A stretch of DNA of 64,000 nucleotides. Source: Methanobacterium sp. (GTDB lineage: Archaea; Methanobacteriota; Methanobacteria; Methanobacteriales; Methanobacteriaceae). The notes beneath the pieces are model-generated. The model was not told the origin of the DNA and ran no database searches. It worked only from the letters and a program-made list of their open reading frames with translations. The position numbers and the translations under genes were made by a program. This document shows positions 9,066-21,097 of the stretch, piece by piece. Every line of letters starts with the position of its first letter. The stretch's first letter is position 1. The DNA lies in NCBI GenBank assembly GCA_015661405.1, contig JACWMK010000007.1, forward strand, positions 198 through 64,197, written 5' to 3'.

Positions 9066-11060
9066 TTATTGTTTATTAAAATATTTTAAACTCTTCAAAT
9101 CTCTCTCGTTAACAAAATCACATTTTCCTGATGGTAAAACTCCTATGACATCATCAAGAGTTAAAAAGTGTTCTTTATTAATACGTTTTAAAATTTCCCT
9201 AGAAATTTCCTCTTTTTTAGTGTAACCGGGTTTTATAATTACATAATTATTAGTATATTTCTCTAAGGCCTTGGTTGGGCCAGCCATTATTCTTTCACCT
9301 TCGTAATCAACTATGCCCACTGCAATTAAAAGTGGAACACCTCTAACATAATTGCGGGCACCACGGATTATAAAAGCTCCTTTTGCAACGAATTCACCTG
9401 ATTGGGGAGTTTTAGAGACTTGCTCAGGATTCACCCAGTAAACATCTTGAGATCCAAATCCTTTGGACCATGCACTGGAGAAGGAAGCTGCCATAACTGC
9501 AGCTTCATTGATAGTGTTTTCTGGTATCTCTTTTCCATTACTTTTTATAACCACAGATGGGGCGCCGTGAATATCTGAGTGCAGATAAATATCATTGTTT
9601 TCTAGGTAATGCTTCACTATTGTTTCATTAGTAGATGCATCTCTACCACCTATCACTAGTAATCCATCAGAGGATAAAAACCAGCGAAGCTTTTCAAACC
9701 ATTTAAGCTCTTTTTTAATCCTTCTTTCTGGGACAATGATTTGCTCTAGTGCAACATCTCTCTTATTTTTAGCTTTATTTATCTCCTTTAATGTTTTTTC
9801 AATAGCAATATAAACTCCTTTGATCTTTCTTTTTGCTTTTTTACCTTTATTATAATAAATTTCAGTATTTTCAGGGATACTTAGATGAGAATCAATATTT
9901 ATCCGGTTATCCTCTAAATTCAAGGTGATGCTGCCTAGTTTATCGATGGATTCTATGATATCTAACCCGTCTGTCTTATTTTTTTTACCATTCTTAATTA
10001 TTTTAATGATTTCCAACCATGAATATCTTTCTCGGGCATCATTTATGATATCTAGGATATTCTGCACTTTTTGATAATTAGAGTAAAGTAAATCACCCTT
10101 TATTTTGGATTCCTTCACGGTTTTTTCAAATTTCTCTAAGGTTTCTCTTTGTATTCTTAGTCTTTTTTCATATTTCCCGACTTCAGCTTCCCAAATACTC
10201 TCTTGGACATTTATTATGTCTTCTCCTACTATGCTACTATAGAATTCATCAGCAGCTTCATTGTAACTGGGAAATGATTTTTTTTGATAATCATTATAAA
10301 TCTGAAGGTTTAAGGGTAGTACATCATTTTTACTATTTGTAACTATTTGTGGATTGAATTCTTCAGCTTTAAGGGGATTGAAGACTTGAAGCATAGCCTG
10401 ATAAATGGAATTTAATTCATTCTCTTCAACTTCTGCTGCTTGTTTTTTCTTGGGTACTTCGGCTCTTAGAACTATTTCTTCAGCGTAAAGCCCGCCAAAA
10501 CCACTTTTTGCAAGGGTTCTGATAATATCAGTATCGGAATTAGTGAATAATTCAGTTATATCTTCTTTTTTTACTTTAAGTGGGTTAATTCCTCTTTCTG
10601 GTGGGTATTTATATTCTTCTTTGGAGGATATCCTACGATTCTCCCATAACTTGCGTTTCAATGGTAGAATGATTTGACCTTCTTCATCCAAAAGTATTAT
10701 ATTGCCTTTGGAGAAAAGTTCTATAATAAGTTTATATTTGTGTTCCTTCTGGAATTCTATTTCAATGATACGGTCAAAATGGTGTTGGTGTACATCACTC
10801 ACTATTGCACCTTTAAGGTATTTACGCAGAAGCATTGGGAAATTAGGAGGCATTTTTGGATTTAAAGGTGGGAAATGAGTTAAATGTACTCTTAATCCGG
10901 CTTGGAACACTACATCAGCCCTTCCTTCACCCGGAACATGAAATCTTATCAATACGGTGTCTTTGGTTGGTTGATAAGCCTTTTGGAAGCGAGCATCCAT
11001 TAATGATTTCTTTAATTCACTGCAAATTGCATAAACATCAACATTGGACATAGCTTTCAT
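9066..11060 (-). CDS. NFACT-family protein (Rqc2/Tae2/FbpA homologue; ribosome quality control).
   Basis: A 664-aa ORF with an N-terminal NFACT-N-like region, a long coiled-coil middle section and a C-terminal DUF814-like region ([17 protein letters not shown]). Confidence 0.8.
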   Translation of the reverse strand: MKAMSNVDVYAICSELKKSLMDARFQKAYQPTKDTVLIRFHVPGEGRADVVFQAGLRVHLTHFPPLNPKMPPNFPMLLRKYLKGAIVSDVHQHHFDRIIEIEFQKEHKYKLIIELFSKGNIILLDEEGQIILPLKRKLWENRRISSKEEYKYPPERGINPLKVKKEDITELFTNSDTDIIRTLAKSGFGGLYAEEIVLRAEVPKKKQAAEVEENELNSIYQAMLQVFNPLKAEEFNPQIVTNSKNDVLPLNLQIYNDYQKKSFPSYNEAADEFYSSIVGEDIINVQESIWEAEVGKYEKRLRIQRETLEKFEKTVKESKIKGDLLYSNYQKVQNILDIINDARERYSWLEIIKIIKNGKKNKTDGLDIIESIDKLGSITLNLEDNRINIDSHLSIPENTEIYYNKGKKAKRKIKGVYIAIEKTLKEINKAKNKRDVALEQIIVPERRIKKELKWFEKLRWFLSSDGLLVIGGRDASTNETIVKHYLENNDIYLHSDIHGAPSVVIKSNGKEIPENTINEAAVMAASFSSAWSKGFGSQDVYWVNPEQVSKTPQSGEFVAKGAFIIRGARNYVRGVPLLIAVGIVDYEGERIMAGPTKALEKYTNNYVIIKPGYTKKEEISREILKRINKEHFLTLDDVIGVLPSGKCDFVNERDLKSLKYFNKQ

Positions 11061-11124
11061 ACATCATCCTCATTTATATTATATATCTAACATACATTAA
11101 TTAAGGAACTGGAGGAAAAAATTT

Positions 11125-11412
11125 ATGGAAATTGAGGTTAAGTTAACATCTGTACATGTTATTGTTGCTATAATAACAGGTTACATTTCATTTTATATTT
11201 CAAGTGGATTAATAAGTGGTGTAGGTAAAAACGAGTATTTAGCAATTTTGATAGGATTAGTAATCCTTTATATTACTGGCCAAGCATCTGAAAGAGCTTT
11301 TGGTAAGGAAAAAGTGGGCGGCCTCAAAGGATGGTTCTTAAGTGGAATAATACCATTCTTCTTCGTATGGGTGCTGACTTGGACTCTTCTTATGAATTAT
11401 TATTTGATTTAA
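11125..11412 (+). CDS. Small membrane protein with three predicted TM helices.
   Basis: A 95-aa hydrophobic ORF with a GGAGG Shine-Dalgarno sequence upstream. Confidence 0.5.
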   Translation: MEIEVKLTSVHVIVAIITGYISFYISSGLISGVGKNEYLAILIGLVILYITGQASERAFGKEKVGGLKGWFLSGIIPFFFVWVLTWTLLMNYYLI

Positions 11413-11533
11413 AATTTTATTACATAAATTTCTAATTTTTTTTTAAAGTTAAATTTGATTTTAAATCGTACTAATAATATTAAAATTGCTCTTCCATTTA
11501 CTATCTAATTTTTATATTTTTATATTTTTTTCT

Positions 11534-13366
11534 TTATATTGATGTACCATAGAAAATCCATATAAAAGCAAATACAAGGGCTAATACAAACACTAATGGA
11601 GCAAAAAATTTACTTACAGCTACAATAGAACTTATGGTTGTCACTAATTCAGTGGCATGAGTAGGGCCTAAAGTTTTAATATCATTTATTTCAGCCACTT
11701 TAACCCCTGCTTTTACAGGCTCCAAATCATCAATAGCATTTTTAGTACAAGTAATTATCGTGTTAATTATTTCATCCTGCATTTTATTACCTACCGGATT
11801 ATGACCACCTGAAAGGGTGTTTACATAATGTGTGTCTGTAGTCATTACTTCAACACAATCCAAGTCAACCTCAGATTTGACAGACTTAATTATCTTTTCC
11901 CTGAAACCAATAATCATATTATTAGCATCTAAAAGTATATATGCAGTTTTTTGATTACCACCTACCTCTACTACCATTACCTTTACTCCACTTTGACCTA
12001 TACCTTGCTCTTTAGACATATCCTCCATTGAGTCGTTGCAGCATCCTACCCTAATAACCTGTTTGTCTTCATTTTTACCCAATTTTTGCACTGCATCAAG
12101 TAGCTCGAAAACCTCCTTATTACCGGGAAGTATTCTACCACCATCTCCTTTAAAACTATTATGGCAATCAACCATCACTACATTGTCCGTACAGGTAGAT
12201 CCTTTTGCAGCGTTCATAACGGCTAATCCTACACCGAAATCGATGTCATCAAAACCTTTAGGTGAAAAAGTTGCCAGCAACACTAAATTATTACCGAAAT
12301 ACTGGGCACCAATTTTTGCTCCTTGATGCTTCACTCTCTGGAATGCACTGGCATATTCAGAGTAATCCATATCTTTAAGGGAATCTTTTATCACTTTTTC
12401 GATTTTACTTATCTCTCTGGAGGCCACTGGATTAAAATCATGTGTAGATGGGCCGTGTGATACCATAGTGAAAGTGTTAAATCTATTTGCCAATATGGTG
12501 GGCATGTTACCACCTCCAATATCTCCTACAGGGCCTGGATGAACACAGGGAGATAAAAATATGGCTTTTAAATCATTTTCTCCTTTGAAACTAAGGATGC
12601 CTACTATTGTTTTTATGGATTCTCCCATATCCTCAAAGATGGATTCCATGGCTTGTGAACCTTCACTCATATGGGATAGGAATAAACTTAAAAGTTCTAA
12701 TGCACCCACTCCGAGATTTTTTCTCATAGGTGATTCTATAACAACTACAAAAGAGAATATTGCTAAAACCAGTATTAATGAAGCTATGATGATTTTAAAG
12801 AGTACAGCAATTATACTGAATTCCCCTAAATTAGTAGTTATACTTGTTAGAAAAACAATTACCATAACCATGCTCAATATTAAAGCTGGTTGTGTAGCGG
12901 CTACAACAACTGATGATAAGAGACGAATATTAGAAGTGCCAAAAATTACTATTGTTCTGAAGGCGAATACTATAGCGCAGCCATAAATAATAGCGTCTAT
13001 TGTATAGTTGTAGATTGAGAAATGTGATACTAAACTCCCTACAACGTAGGTTATAGCCACCATTATCATTGATATTAAGGCTAAAAACATAGATTGCTTC
13101 ATTTTCATGTGCCGACCATCTAACACTTTAACAAATGTGGGGGTTATAGCGCCAGCCATTATTGACATCAAACCGAATATTAGGAAACCCGCAGATCCAC
13201 CATAGACTATACTTGATAGAATATTAGAACCTGTTTGGGGTTCAATCAAAAATGCAGTAAGACCGATGATAAAACTTAAAAATACTATAATAAAAACAGA
13301 AATATGTGTTTCAGGTAAAGTTACCAGGTATTTAGTGAGATCAGTAAGATTTTCTGATGTGGACAT
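11534..13366 (-). CDS. Large polytopic membrane protein with a cytosolic domain (DUF2070-like).
   Basis: It has a multi-TM N-terminal half, a soluble C-terminal half and a final TM helix. I prefer the ATG at 13366, which has a GAGGA Shine-Dalgarno sequence 8 nt upstream, over the TTG at 13381. The family name is from memory. Confidence 0.55.
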   Translation of the reverse strand: MSTSENLTDLTKYLVTLPETHISVFIIVFLSFIIGLTAFLIEPQTGSNILSSIVYGGSAGFLIFGLMSIMAGAITPTFVKVLDGRHMKMKQSMFLALISMIMVAITYVVGSLVSHFSIYNYTIDAIIYGCAIVFAFRTIVIFGTSNIRLLSSVVVAATQPALILSMVMVIVFLTSITTNLGEFSIIAVLFKIIIASLILVLAIFSFVVVIESPMRKNLGVGALELLSLFLSHMSEGSQAMESIFEDMGESIKTIVGILSFKGENDLKAIFLSPCVHPGPVGDIGGGNMPTILANRFNTFTMVSHGPSTHDFNPVASREISKIEKVIKDSLKDMDYSEYASAFQRVKHQGAKIGAQYFGNNLVLLATFSPKGFDDIDFGVGLAVMNAAKGSTCTDNVVMVDCHNSFKGDGGRILPGNKEVFELLDAVQKLGKNEDKQVIRVGCCNDSMEDMSKEQGIGQSGVKVMVVEVGGNQKTAYILLDANNMIIGFREKIIKSVKSEVDLDCVEVMTTDTHYVNTLSGGHNPVGNKMQDEIINTIITCTKNAIDDLEPVKAGVKVAEINDIKTLGPTHATELVTTISSIVAVSKFFAPLVFVLALVFAFIWIFYGTSI

Positions 13367-13626
13367 GATTTTATTCCTCAAATTTAAAGTTAAATAATTT
13401 ATTTATAAATTTTAATATCATTACAATAAATATAGAACATTTATATTATTAACAAATAAAAATCTAAACTATTTTTTTAATATATATCATATTATAGAGT
13501 AATCAAAATTATTCTAATGTAGCTATAGTTTTTAAAGCTTTATAAGTTTTATAGTCATAACTTAAAAAGGAATTATTTTCAATAGATTTTAAACTCAAAA
13601 AACATCTTTTTCGAGGTGGTGCATAA

Positions 13627-14430
13627 ATGTTAAAGGGAAATTACTATGAACAGATGAAAGAAAAGTATCCTCTAGAGGGATTCATTGATACTCATCTACA
13701 TACTAGTCCAGATGTGAAACCTCGCATCTTGAATGATGTCCAAGCGGCTTTTATGGCCTCAAAGGAGAAGATGGGTGGCATTATTTTAAAATCTCATGTA
13801 GAATCTACAGCCGGTAGAGCTAGATTGACTGAGATGGTAACTGGAATAAAGGTCATTGGCGGCTTAACATTGAATAGTAGTGTTGGGGGATTGAATCCTG
13901 CTGCGGTTGAAGCTTCAGCTTTGATGGGTGGCAAAATCGTTTGGTTTCCCACTACTTCTCATAGTGTGTTGAATTTGGATTTAGAGCTGATTGAGGATAT
14001 ACTTCACTTAATTGTCCAAAATGATCTGGTTTTAGCCACTGGTCATTTAAATCCTGCAGAGATTTTTGAATTGTTAGATATGGCTCATAGTATGGGAATC
14101 TGGAGAATACTCGTTAATCATCCCTTTACTCGGGTAGTGGGGGCTAATATTGATGAACAGAAAGAAATGGCTCGATACGCTTATTTGGAGCATTGTTATG
14201 TAGCTTGCATGGATAATCATGATAAGATAGATCCTGAGCTGATTTCACAGGGAATAAAAGATATAGGATCAGATAAATGCATAATGGCCACTGATTTCGG
14301 GCAATCAAATAATCCCTATCCTGTGGTGGGGATGAAAATGTTTGTAAATAAAATGATGGATTTAGAAATTTCAATAGATGATATAATTATAATGTGTAAA
14401 ATTAATCCATTCAAATTATTTTTTGAATAA
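13627..14430 (+). CDS. Amidohydrolase/TIM-barrel-type metal-dependent hydrolase-like protein.
   Basis: It has an N-terminal DTHLH (HxH) motif, later KSH and NHP motifs, and a GAGGTGG Shine-Dalgarno sequence. Confidence 0.5.
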   Translation: MLKGNYYEQMKEKYPLEGFIDTHLHTSPDVKPRILNDVQAAFMASKEKMGGIILKSHVESTAGRARLTEMVTGIKVIGGLTLNSSVGGLNPAAVEASALMGGKIVWFPTTSHSVLNLDLELIEDILHLIVQNDLVLATGHLNPAEIFELLDMAHSMGIWRILVNHPFTRVVGANIDEQKEMARYAYLEHCYVACMDNHDKIDPELISQGIKDIGSDKCIMATDFGQSNNPYPVVGMKMFVNKMMDLEISIDDIIIMCKINPFKLFFE

Positions 14431-14603
14431 GAACGATTTATTTATGAGATAAATCTTAAAAAATATAATAAAATTTTAATTTCTATTATAAGAGTAAAGC
14501 TTTCTCAGTATATTTTATTCTTAAAATTCATAACTTATAAATAGATGAAATAAATCTTATAAAAAATTAGATAGTAATTATACTATAGATATGAGATAAA
14601 ACG

Positions 14604-14951
14604 GTGAAAAATATTATGAAAAACGATAAGAAATCTACAATTAATGAAGAACTCCTTTCAAGAATGGAACAATTCAAAGAGGCGACAATAGATCAGGAAA
14701 AAAGAATAGAATTAGAAAATAATATATTAGGTTCAGAAGTGCTCATCAGATTTGAAATATTTCTTCCATCAAAAAGTCCTGAAAAATTTTCAGACGGTAT
14801 TTTTCTTTATATGAATGATTCTGGTGATATAGTGGATGCTGAATATTATATAAGAGATTCAGATGATATTACTATAGTTGGCTTGGAAGCTGATGATTTC
14901 AAAGTTGTTAAAGAACTTTTTAAAGATTCCTTCTCATTAGAAATAGAATAA
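14604..14951 (+). CDS. Hypothetical acidic protein.
   Basis: A 115-aa ORF with no recognisable motif. An alternative ATG lies at 14616. Confidence 0.35.
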   Translation: MKNIMKNDKKSTINEELLSRMEQFKEATIDQEKRIELENNILGSEVLIRFEIFLPSKSPEKFSDGIFLYMNDSGDIVDAEYYIRDSDDITIVGLEADDFKVVKELFKDSFSLEIE

Positions 14952-15447
14952 AACATATAATTTCTTTTAAATTCAATATTTTTTTTTTAAATTAAATATT
15001 ATTCATTAATTCTATAAAATTAATAGAATTTAATTTATAGATAACGTATAAAATTCAATAAGTAGCCTATTATAATCAGAAAAATAGATTTAACTGCGTA
15101 AAATATTTTCGTAAAAAAAAACACTAATAAAAATCCTAAATAAGATTAATCTCGCTACGTGTTTGTCAACAGTTATATAGGTCATGATACACATAAAATA
15201 CAATTAATATTAAATAATGTAGAAAAATTAGGCCTCATTAATTCCCTTCTTAAACAACCCCGATTTAGAAACTTAAACAACTTCAAGAATACTATAAATA
15301 AAATTTTTAGAAATTATTTATAAGATATCATACAGTAACTTAGGGTTGACATTCCAATTACAAGTTAATATTTCTTTATAACAATTTTAAGGGCCTATAT
15401 TTCATCATAATTTACAACAATTGCAACGATCAAATGGAGATTAAAAA

Positions 15448-15954
15448 ATGCGTAGTTTTGAAAGATTAAGTTCTCTGAAGGATTATATACCACTTAAAAG
15501 AGGAGAATCTGGAGGAAAAAATATTGGACTTTTAGTTGATGGACCCAACATGTTAAGAAAAGAATTCAGCCTTAATCTTGATTTAGTAAGGAAAATAGTA
15601 TCAGAATATGGCAACATGAGAGTTGGAAAAGTTCTTTTAAACCAATATGCTTCAGATAAACTGATAGAGGCAATAGTTAATCAAGGATTCACTCCTATTG
15701 TGGTAGCTGGTGACACAGACGTTTATATGGCAGTTGAAGCAATGGAATTAATATATAATCCTAATATTGATATTATCGCCCTTATGACTCGTGACGCTGA
15801 TTTTTTACCAATAATTAATAAAGCAAAAGAAAATGGTAAAGAAACCTTAGTTATAGGTGCAGAACCAGGATTCAGCGCTGCATTACAAAATTCAGCAGAT
15901 AATGCAATCATATTAAAGGCTGAAAATAATAAAGAATCCAAAAAACATGATTAA
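15448..15954 (+). CDS. NYN/LabA-like domain protein (TIGR00288-like, predicted RNase fold).
   Basis: GLLVDGPNM near the N-terminus and the later GDTD and TRDADF acidic motifs are typical of NYN/PIN-like domains. Confidence 0.7.
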   Translation: MRSFERLSSLKDYIPLKRGESGGKNIGLLVDGPNMLRKEFSLNLDLVRKIVSEYGNMRVGKVLLNQYASDKLIEAIVNQGFTPIVVAGDTDVYMAVEAMELIYNPNIDIIALMTRDADFLPIINKAKENGKETLVIGAEPGFSAALQNSADNAIILKAENNKESKKHD

Positions 15955-16020
15955 AAACAAAAAGAATAATAATTTTTTATAAACTTTAATTTAAAATTTA
16001 TTATAAGGACTCATAAAATA

Positions 16021-17181
16021 ATGCTATTAAAATCTAGCCTTGATGAATTAAAAAGAAGAGAGGCTGCATTAAACATAATTAATTCCAAGATCAAAGCAAG
16101 GAATAGATCACACCTATATGATCTCACTGGTCTTTCTGGGGGATTCCCCATAAAAAAAGAAGATATTGATCTTCTAGAAACATATGCCGGATCAGCAATT
16201 TTTGAAGAAGAAATACAAATTCAGGGAAGAAAACATCTTGGCGGAAACAAAATTCTAGCCCTAAATAGAACTAGCTCAGGAATTTTAGCATCCATAATTG
16301 CATTAGTAAAACCAGATGAAGAAGTGGTACATTATCTAACCCAATTACCTTCTCATCCATCTATTCCACGGAGTACAAAACTAATAAGAGCAAATTATCG
16401 TGAATTTAATAATTTAAATGAATTTGAAATAGGAAATAATACATCTCTTGTTATAATAACCGGTTCAACTATGGATCATGAAGTTTTGAGTGAGGAAGAA
16501 TTTTTAAGGATAATTGAAATTTCCAAGTCAAAAAATGTGCCAGTTTTGGTTGATGATGCATCCGGAGCGAGATTACGGACTGTAATTTACCATCAACCTC
16601 GTGCAATGGACATGGGTGCAAATTTGGTTATCACCAGTACTGATAAACTTATGGATGGTCCTAGAGGCGGTTTAATGTCTGGAGATGCGGATTTAATTGA
16701 TTTAATAAAATCGAAGGCACATCAATTTGGTTTAGAAGCTCAAACACCTTTAATTGCAGGTATGGCAAGGGCTTTAGAAGATTTCAATCCAGAACGAATT
16801 CTTAAAGCTCAAGACGAAAGGAAAGGAATATATAAAAATTTAATAAATGATTTGAAAGAAATTAATCTAACTCCTACAGGTTTCATGCTATCTGCTGAAG
16901 GCTTGATGAAAGAATTGAAATATTTGAATGTTACACACTCTTTAAGTCCGAAAGAAGCTGCAAATATTTTAGCTATGATTCTTTTAAGGGAATATAACAT
17001 AATAACTATTCCTGCAGTAGGTATGCCCGGTGCTTCACCAACTATTAGAATTGATCTAGCATCAAAGGATGCAGAATGTTTAAATCAAAATTATATTATT
17101 GATGCATTTAAGGAAAGTCTTTTAAGACTTAAAGAAATAATTGATGATAAAAAAATTTGCAGAAAAGTATTGTATGACTAA
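16021..17181 (+). CDS. PLP-dependent enzyme of unknown function (MJ0158/UPF0425, SelA-like fold).
   Basis: A 386-aa ORF. The TSTDKLMDGPRGG motif matches a PLP-lysine context. The family assignment is from memory of the methanogen-conserved TIGR03576 group. Confidence 0.65.
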   Translation: MLLKSSLDELKRREAALNIINSKIKARNRSHLYDLTGLSGGFPIKKEDIDLLETYAGSAIFEEEIQIQGRKHLGGNKILALNRTSSGILASIIALVKPDEEVVHYLTQLPSHPSIPRSTKLIRANYREFNNLNEFEIGNNTSLVIITGSTMDHEVLSEEEFLRIIEISKSKNVPVLVDDASGARLRTVIYHQPRAMDMGANLVITSTDKLMDGPRGGLMSGDADLIDLIKSKAHQFGLEAQTPLIAGMARALEDFNPERILKAQDERKGIYKNLINDLKEINLTPTGFMLSAEGLMKELKYLNVTHSLSPKEAANILAMILLREYNIITIPAVGMPGASPTIRIDLASKDAECLNQNYIIDAFKESLLRLKEIIDDKKICRKVLYD

Positions 17182-17251
17182 CAATCATTAAAATTATATT
17201 CTTTTTTTGGTTACTATTTTCCAAATTTTTTTATAGGAGAATTTTTTTTTT

Positions 17252-18268
17252 ATGATTGAAATTGATGGATCCTATGGTGAAGGGGGAGGAGCTCTTTTAC
17301 GTATATCAACAGCTCTTTCAGCTTTGACAGGTAAATATGTTCACTTAACTAATATTCGAGCAAATAGACCTAAAAAAGGCCTTATGCCTCAACATTTTAC
17401 GGCTTTAAAAGCGATGGCACAGCTTACCCATGCTTTTCATGAAGGACTCAAAATAGGATCTAATGAAATTTTATTTTATCCAAGTAATCTTCAAGGTGGT
17501 GAATATCATCTTGATATAGGTACAGCTGGTAGCATAACACTGCTTCTGCAATCATTCATGATTCCTGCGGCTTTTGCTGATTCTCCTGTAAAAATCACAC
17601 TCAGGGGCGGTACTGATGTGAGATGGTCTCCTCCAGTGGATTACTTCATTAACGTGACTTGCCCTTTATTGGAATCTATTGGTTATCATTCAAAAATAAA
17701 TCTAATTCAAAGAGGACATTATCCAATGGGGGGTGGATTACTAACGGCAAAAATAACTCCAATTAAGAAATTAAAACCATTTAATCTTCAGAAACTACAA
17801 CTAGATTATATAAAAGGTATATCCCATGCAGTTAAATTGCCTGAAAATATTGCCATAAGGCAAGCTAAAAGTGCAGAGAAATTTCTTTTAAAAGAAGGGT
17901 ATGAATCAGATATTAAAATTCAACATTCAAATCATGAGTTAGGTCCAGGATCAGGTATCGTTTTATGGACAGAAGGAAAAAGCAGAGTTGGCGGGAGTTC
18001 CATCGGGCAACCGGGTAAAAAGGCAGAATTAGTGGGACAAGAAGCAGCTAAAGAACTTCTTTATCATATATCAAGAAAAGCAGCACTTGATAAATATATG
18101 GGTGATCAGATCATCCCATATATGGCTTTAGCCGGTTATTCCCAGATAAAAACTGCAGAACTTACTCAACATACCCTAACCAATATATATGTTACTGAGG
18201 CGTTCATTAAAAAAGAATTTAAAGTAGAGGGAAAATTAGAGAATAAAGCTATCATACGAGTTGATTAG
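17252..18268 (+). CDS. rtcA: RNA 3'-terminal phosphate cyclase.
   Basis: The N-terminus MIEIDGSYGEGGGALLRISTALSALTGK and a length of 338 aa are characteristic of RtcA. Confidence 0.9.
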   Translation: MIEIDGSYGEGGGALLRISTALSALTGKYVHLTNIRANRPKKGLMPQHFTALKAMAQLTHAFHEGLKIGSNEILFYPSNLQGGEYHLDIGTAGSITLLLQSFMIPAAFADSPVKITLRGGTDVRWSPPVDYFINVTCPLLESIGYHSKINLIQRGHYPMGGGLLTAKITPIKKLKPFNLQKLQLDYIKGISHAVKLPENIAIRQAKSAEKFLLKEGYESDIKIQHSNHELGPGSGIVLWTEGKSRVGGSSIGQPGKKAELVGQEAAKELLYHISRKAALDKYMGDQIIPYMALAGYSQIKTAELTQHTLTNIYVTEAFIKKEFKVEGKLENKAIIRVD

Positions 18269-18389
18269 ATTCGAGATTGAGATATATAAATTAATTAGTG
18301 ATTTTGAAATTTAGATTAAATTTTTATTTCACAAATTTAGTTGAATCAATATTAATTTAATTAAAAAAAAATAATTTTTTAATAAATAT

Positions 18390-19370
18390 TTATTTCTTTT
18401 CTTTTCGATTGATGTGAATACACTCTCCAGATATAACTTTCTTAAGATTACCATTATCCATTTCCAGAACAAGTCTACCATTCTTACTTATACCAACAGC
18501 TTCTCCTCTTACAACGCCGCCTTTTCTATGTAACTCAACATATTTACCAACTGTTCCTGATAAATTGCGCCATTTATTAAGTATGAATGGGAAGTTACCT
18601 GTTTTAAATTCATTGTAATTATCTTCAAAGTTTTTTAGGAATTTTTGTATCAGTTCAGCTCCTCTTATTTCTTGTTCCAATTCTGCTTGGAGCGAAGTTG
18701 CAGTGTCACTTAGTTCTGGAGGAATATTTATATTAAGATCAATTCCAATGCCAACTAGAACATATTCTACACCGATAATTTTTGTTTTTACTTCTGTTAA
18801 TATTCCACTAACTTTTTTGTTGCCTATCAATATGTCATTAGGCCATTTTATTTCCACATCTAAATTACATTCTTGAATTAATGTTTCTGCAACTGCAACT
18901 CCAGTTACAAGTGTTAATTGAGGTGCTTTGTTAGGTTCCACATCTGGCCTGAGAATTATGGTCATCCATACTCCACCTGATGGTGATATCCATTTTTTCC
19001 CCCCACTAGCCTTACCACTACGTTGTCTTTCAGCTAAAACAATTGTACCCTCTAATGCACCTTCATCAGCAAGCTTTCTGGCTACTAAGTTAGTTGAATC
19101 TACTTCTTTATAGAAATAGATTTTTTTTCCCATATAACTGGTTTGGAGATTACTTCTAATTTCATACGGAAATACAATTTTGGTTTCAGTTAAACGATAA
19201 CCTGATTTTAGAGTATCAATAGGATATCCTTCTTCTATTAATGATTGAATTTCATCTGAAATTTCTGTTTTTGAAATATCAATTTCAATTTCAATATCAT
19301 CAAGAGAAATATAATCTCCTTTTCTTTTAAAAAGAACATTTAATATTTGGTCTTTACTCATTTGAGTCAT
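18390..19370 (-). CDS. birA: Bifunctional biotin-[acetyl-CoA-carboxylase] ligase and repressor-type protein.
   Basis: It has an N-terminal HTH region followed by a biotin ligase core (SGGVWMTIILRP, KWPNDIL). The ATG at 19370 has a GAGGG Shine-Dalgarno sequence. The track ORF start at 19385 would overlap pycA. Confidence 0.85.
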   Translation of the reverse strand: MTQMSKDQILNVLFKRKGDYISLDDIEIEIDISKTEISDEIQSLIEEGYPIDTLKSGYRLTETKIVFPYEIRSNLQTSYMGKKIYFYKEVDSTNLVARKLADEGALEGTIVLAERQRSGKASGGKKWISPSGGVWMTIILRPDVEPNKAPQLTLVTGVAVAETLIQECNLDVEIKWPNDILIGNKKVSGILTEVKTKIIGVEYVLVGIGIDLNINIPPELSDTATSLQAELEQEIRGAELIQKFLKNFEDNYNEFKTGNFPFILNKWRNLSGTVGKYVELHRKGGVVRGEAVGISKNGRLVLEMDNGNLKKVISGECIHINRKEKK

Positions 19371-19371
19371 C

Positions 19372-20862
19372 TTACTTTCCCTCATTTTTTTTAATGGATT
19401 GATTCATGTAAATTGATACCGCTGCTGATACTGCAGCTACTTTTTTAGAGGGTAAAAATGTAGATTTAAGGCGTGTTTCCATTTCTTTATCTTCTTCTAT
19501 AACCTTCAACATGTTATCCATGATCTCATTTTTATACTGATCTACAAAATGAGTGTGAAGTTTACCCTCCTGGAAATGGGGACTAGCCATCATAGCTTTA
19601 TCGAAAGGTATGGTTGTTTTCACTCCTAATATTATATACTCGGAAAGAGCCCTTCTCATACGACTTATGGCTTCTTCACGGTCCCTTCCCCAAACAATTA
19701 GCTTGGATATCATAGAATCATAATAGGAAGGTATTGTATAGTTATTATAAACTCCACTATCCACTCTTACACCTAAACCGCCTGGAGAACGATATCCTGT
19801 TATTTTACCGGGATTAGGAGTGAAATTATTAAGAGGATCTTCTGCATTAATTCTACATTCAATGGCATGCCCATATACTCTTACTTTATCTTGAGGACAG
19901 CATAATTCTTCTCCACAAGCAATTTTTATTTGTTGCTTCACAATATCAATACCTGTTATTGCTTCAGTTATGGGATGTTCCACTTGTACACGAGTGTTCA
20001 TCTCTAGAAAATAGAAATTTCCATTAGAATAGAGGAACTCAACTGTACCAGCATTAGTATAACCTATAGAAGAGGCAGCATGTACTGCTACAGAACCCAT
20101 CTTTTCCCTGAGTTTTTTGGTCATGATCGGTGAAGGTGCTTCTTCAATAAGTTTCTGATTTCTTCTTTGGATGGAGCATTCCCTTTCAGCTGCATGTATG
20201 ATATTATCATGTTCGTCTGCAAGTATTTGGAATTCAATATGTCTAGGTTCCTGGATGTATTTTTCTAAATATACTGTTGCATCACCGAATGCTGATTTTG
20301 CCAGTGATTCAGTGGATTCTATGGCTCTTAAAAGTTCATCTTCTTCCCATATGATCCGCATACCGATACCACCACCACCTGCAGATGGTTTTAACATGAT
20401 GGGATAACCTATGGATTCAGCCATTTTAATTGCTTCTGAAGAATTTTTTATTCCTTTTTCTGTTCCTGGCACTATGGGAACACCTGCATTTTTCATCAAC
20501 TTTCTAGCAGCTATTTTACTACCCATAGCACTTATAACTGATGATTTAGGTCCTATAAGTTTAATGCCATGTTTTTCGCATTCTTTTCCAAGATTAGGAT
20601 TTTCCGCTAAAAATCCATAACCCGGGTGAATGGCTTCAGCATCGTACTTTTTTGCTGCATTAATAATCTTATCAATGTTCAAATAGCTTTTAGCTGGAGC
20701 TGATTCTCCAATATTGTGTGCTTCATCGGCATATTTAGCAAAAAGTGAATTTTTATCTGCATCAGAGTAAATGGCTACAGTTCTAACTTCTAATTCTTTG
20801 CAAGCCCTCATTATTCTGATGGCAATTTCGCCTCGATTAGCAATTAATATCTTTTTGAACAT
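19372..20862 (-). CDS. pycA: Pyruvate carboxylase subunit A (biotin carboxylase, ATP-grasp).
   Basis: MFKKILIANRGEIAIRIMRAC..., a GGGGIGM glycine loop, and EMNTRVQVEHPITE are present. A 496-aa protein adjacent to birA fits the arrangement in methanogens. Confidence 0.9.
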   Translation of the reverse strand: MFKKILIANRGEIAIRIMRACKELEVRTVAIYSDADKNSLFAKYADEAHNIGESAPAKSYLNIDKIINAAKKYDAEAIHPGYGFLAENPNLGKECEKHGIKLIGPKSSVISAMGSKIAARKLMKNAGVPIVPGTEKGIKNSSEAIKMAESIGYPIMLKPSAGGGGIGMRIIWEEDELLRAIESTESLAKSAFGDATVYLEKYIQEPRHIEFQILADEHDNIIHAAERECSIQRRNQKLIEEAPSPIMTKKLREKMGSVAVHAASSIGYTNAGTVEFLYSNGNFYFLEMNTRVQVEHPITEAITGIDIVKQQIKIACGEELCCPQDKVRVYGHAIECRINAEDPLNNFTPNPGKITGYRSPGGLGVRVDSGVYNNYTIPSYYDSMISKLIVWGRDREEAISRMRRALSEYIILGVKTTIPFDKAMMASPHFQEGKLHTHFVDQYKNEIMDNMLKVIEEDKEMETRLKSTFLPSKKVAAVSAAVSIYMNQSIKKNEGK

Positions 20863-21097
20863 TTGTATCTCATCTTTAATTTAATTTTTAAGTTATATTT
20901 AAATTCAAAAATTGATTTAACTTTAAATTTATCTTATAATTATAAATTTTTATTTAATAATTTTATATATCTTTTCTTCATTAAATATTAATATTAAAGT
21001 AATCTTTAACTGTTGATTGGTTGAATTTATAACTATTTAAGAATTTACTCATTCATAAATAAGGATAAATAAATTGATAAAAAAAGATTTTAATATA

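Noticed and set aside
14952-15447. A 500-bp non-coding AT-rich region, checked for CRISPR repeats, origin-recognition-box-type repeats and structured RNA.
   Set aside because: I found no repeated motif above chance, no GC-rich structured segment and no adjacent cdc6/orc gene. It is most simply a long promoter or spacer region.
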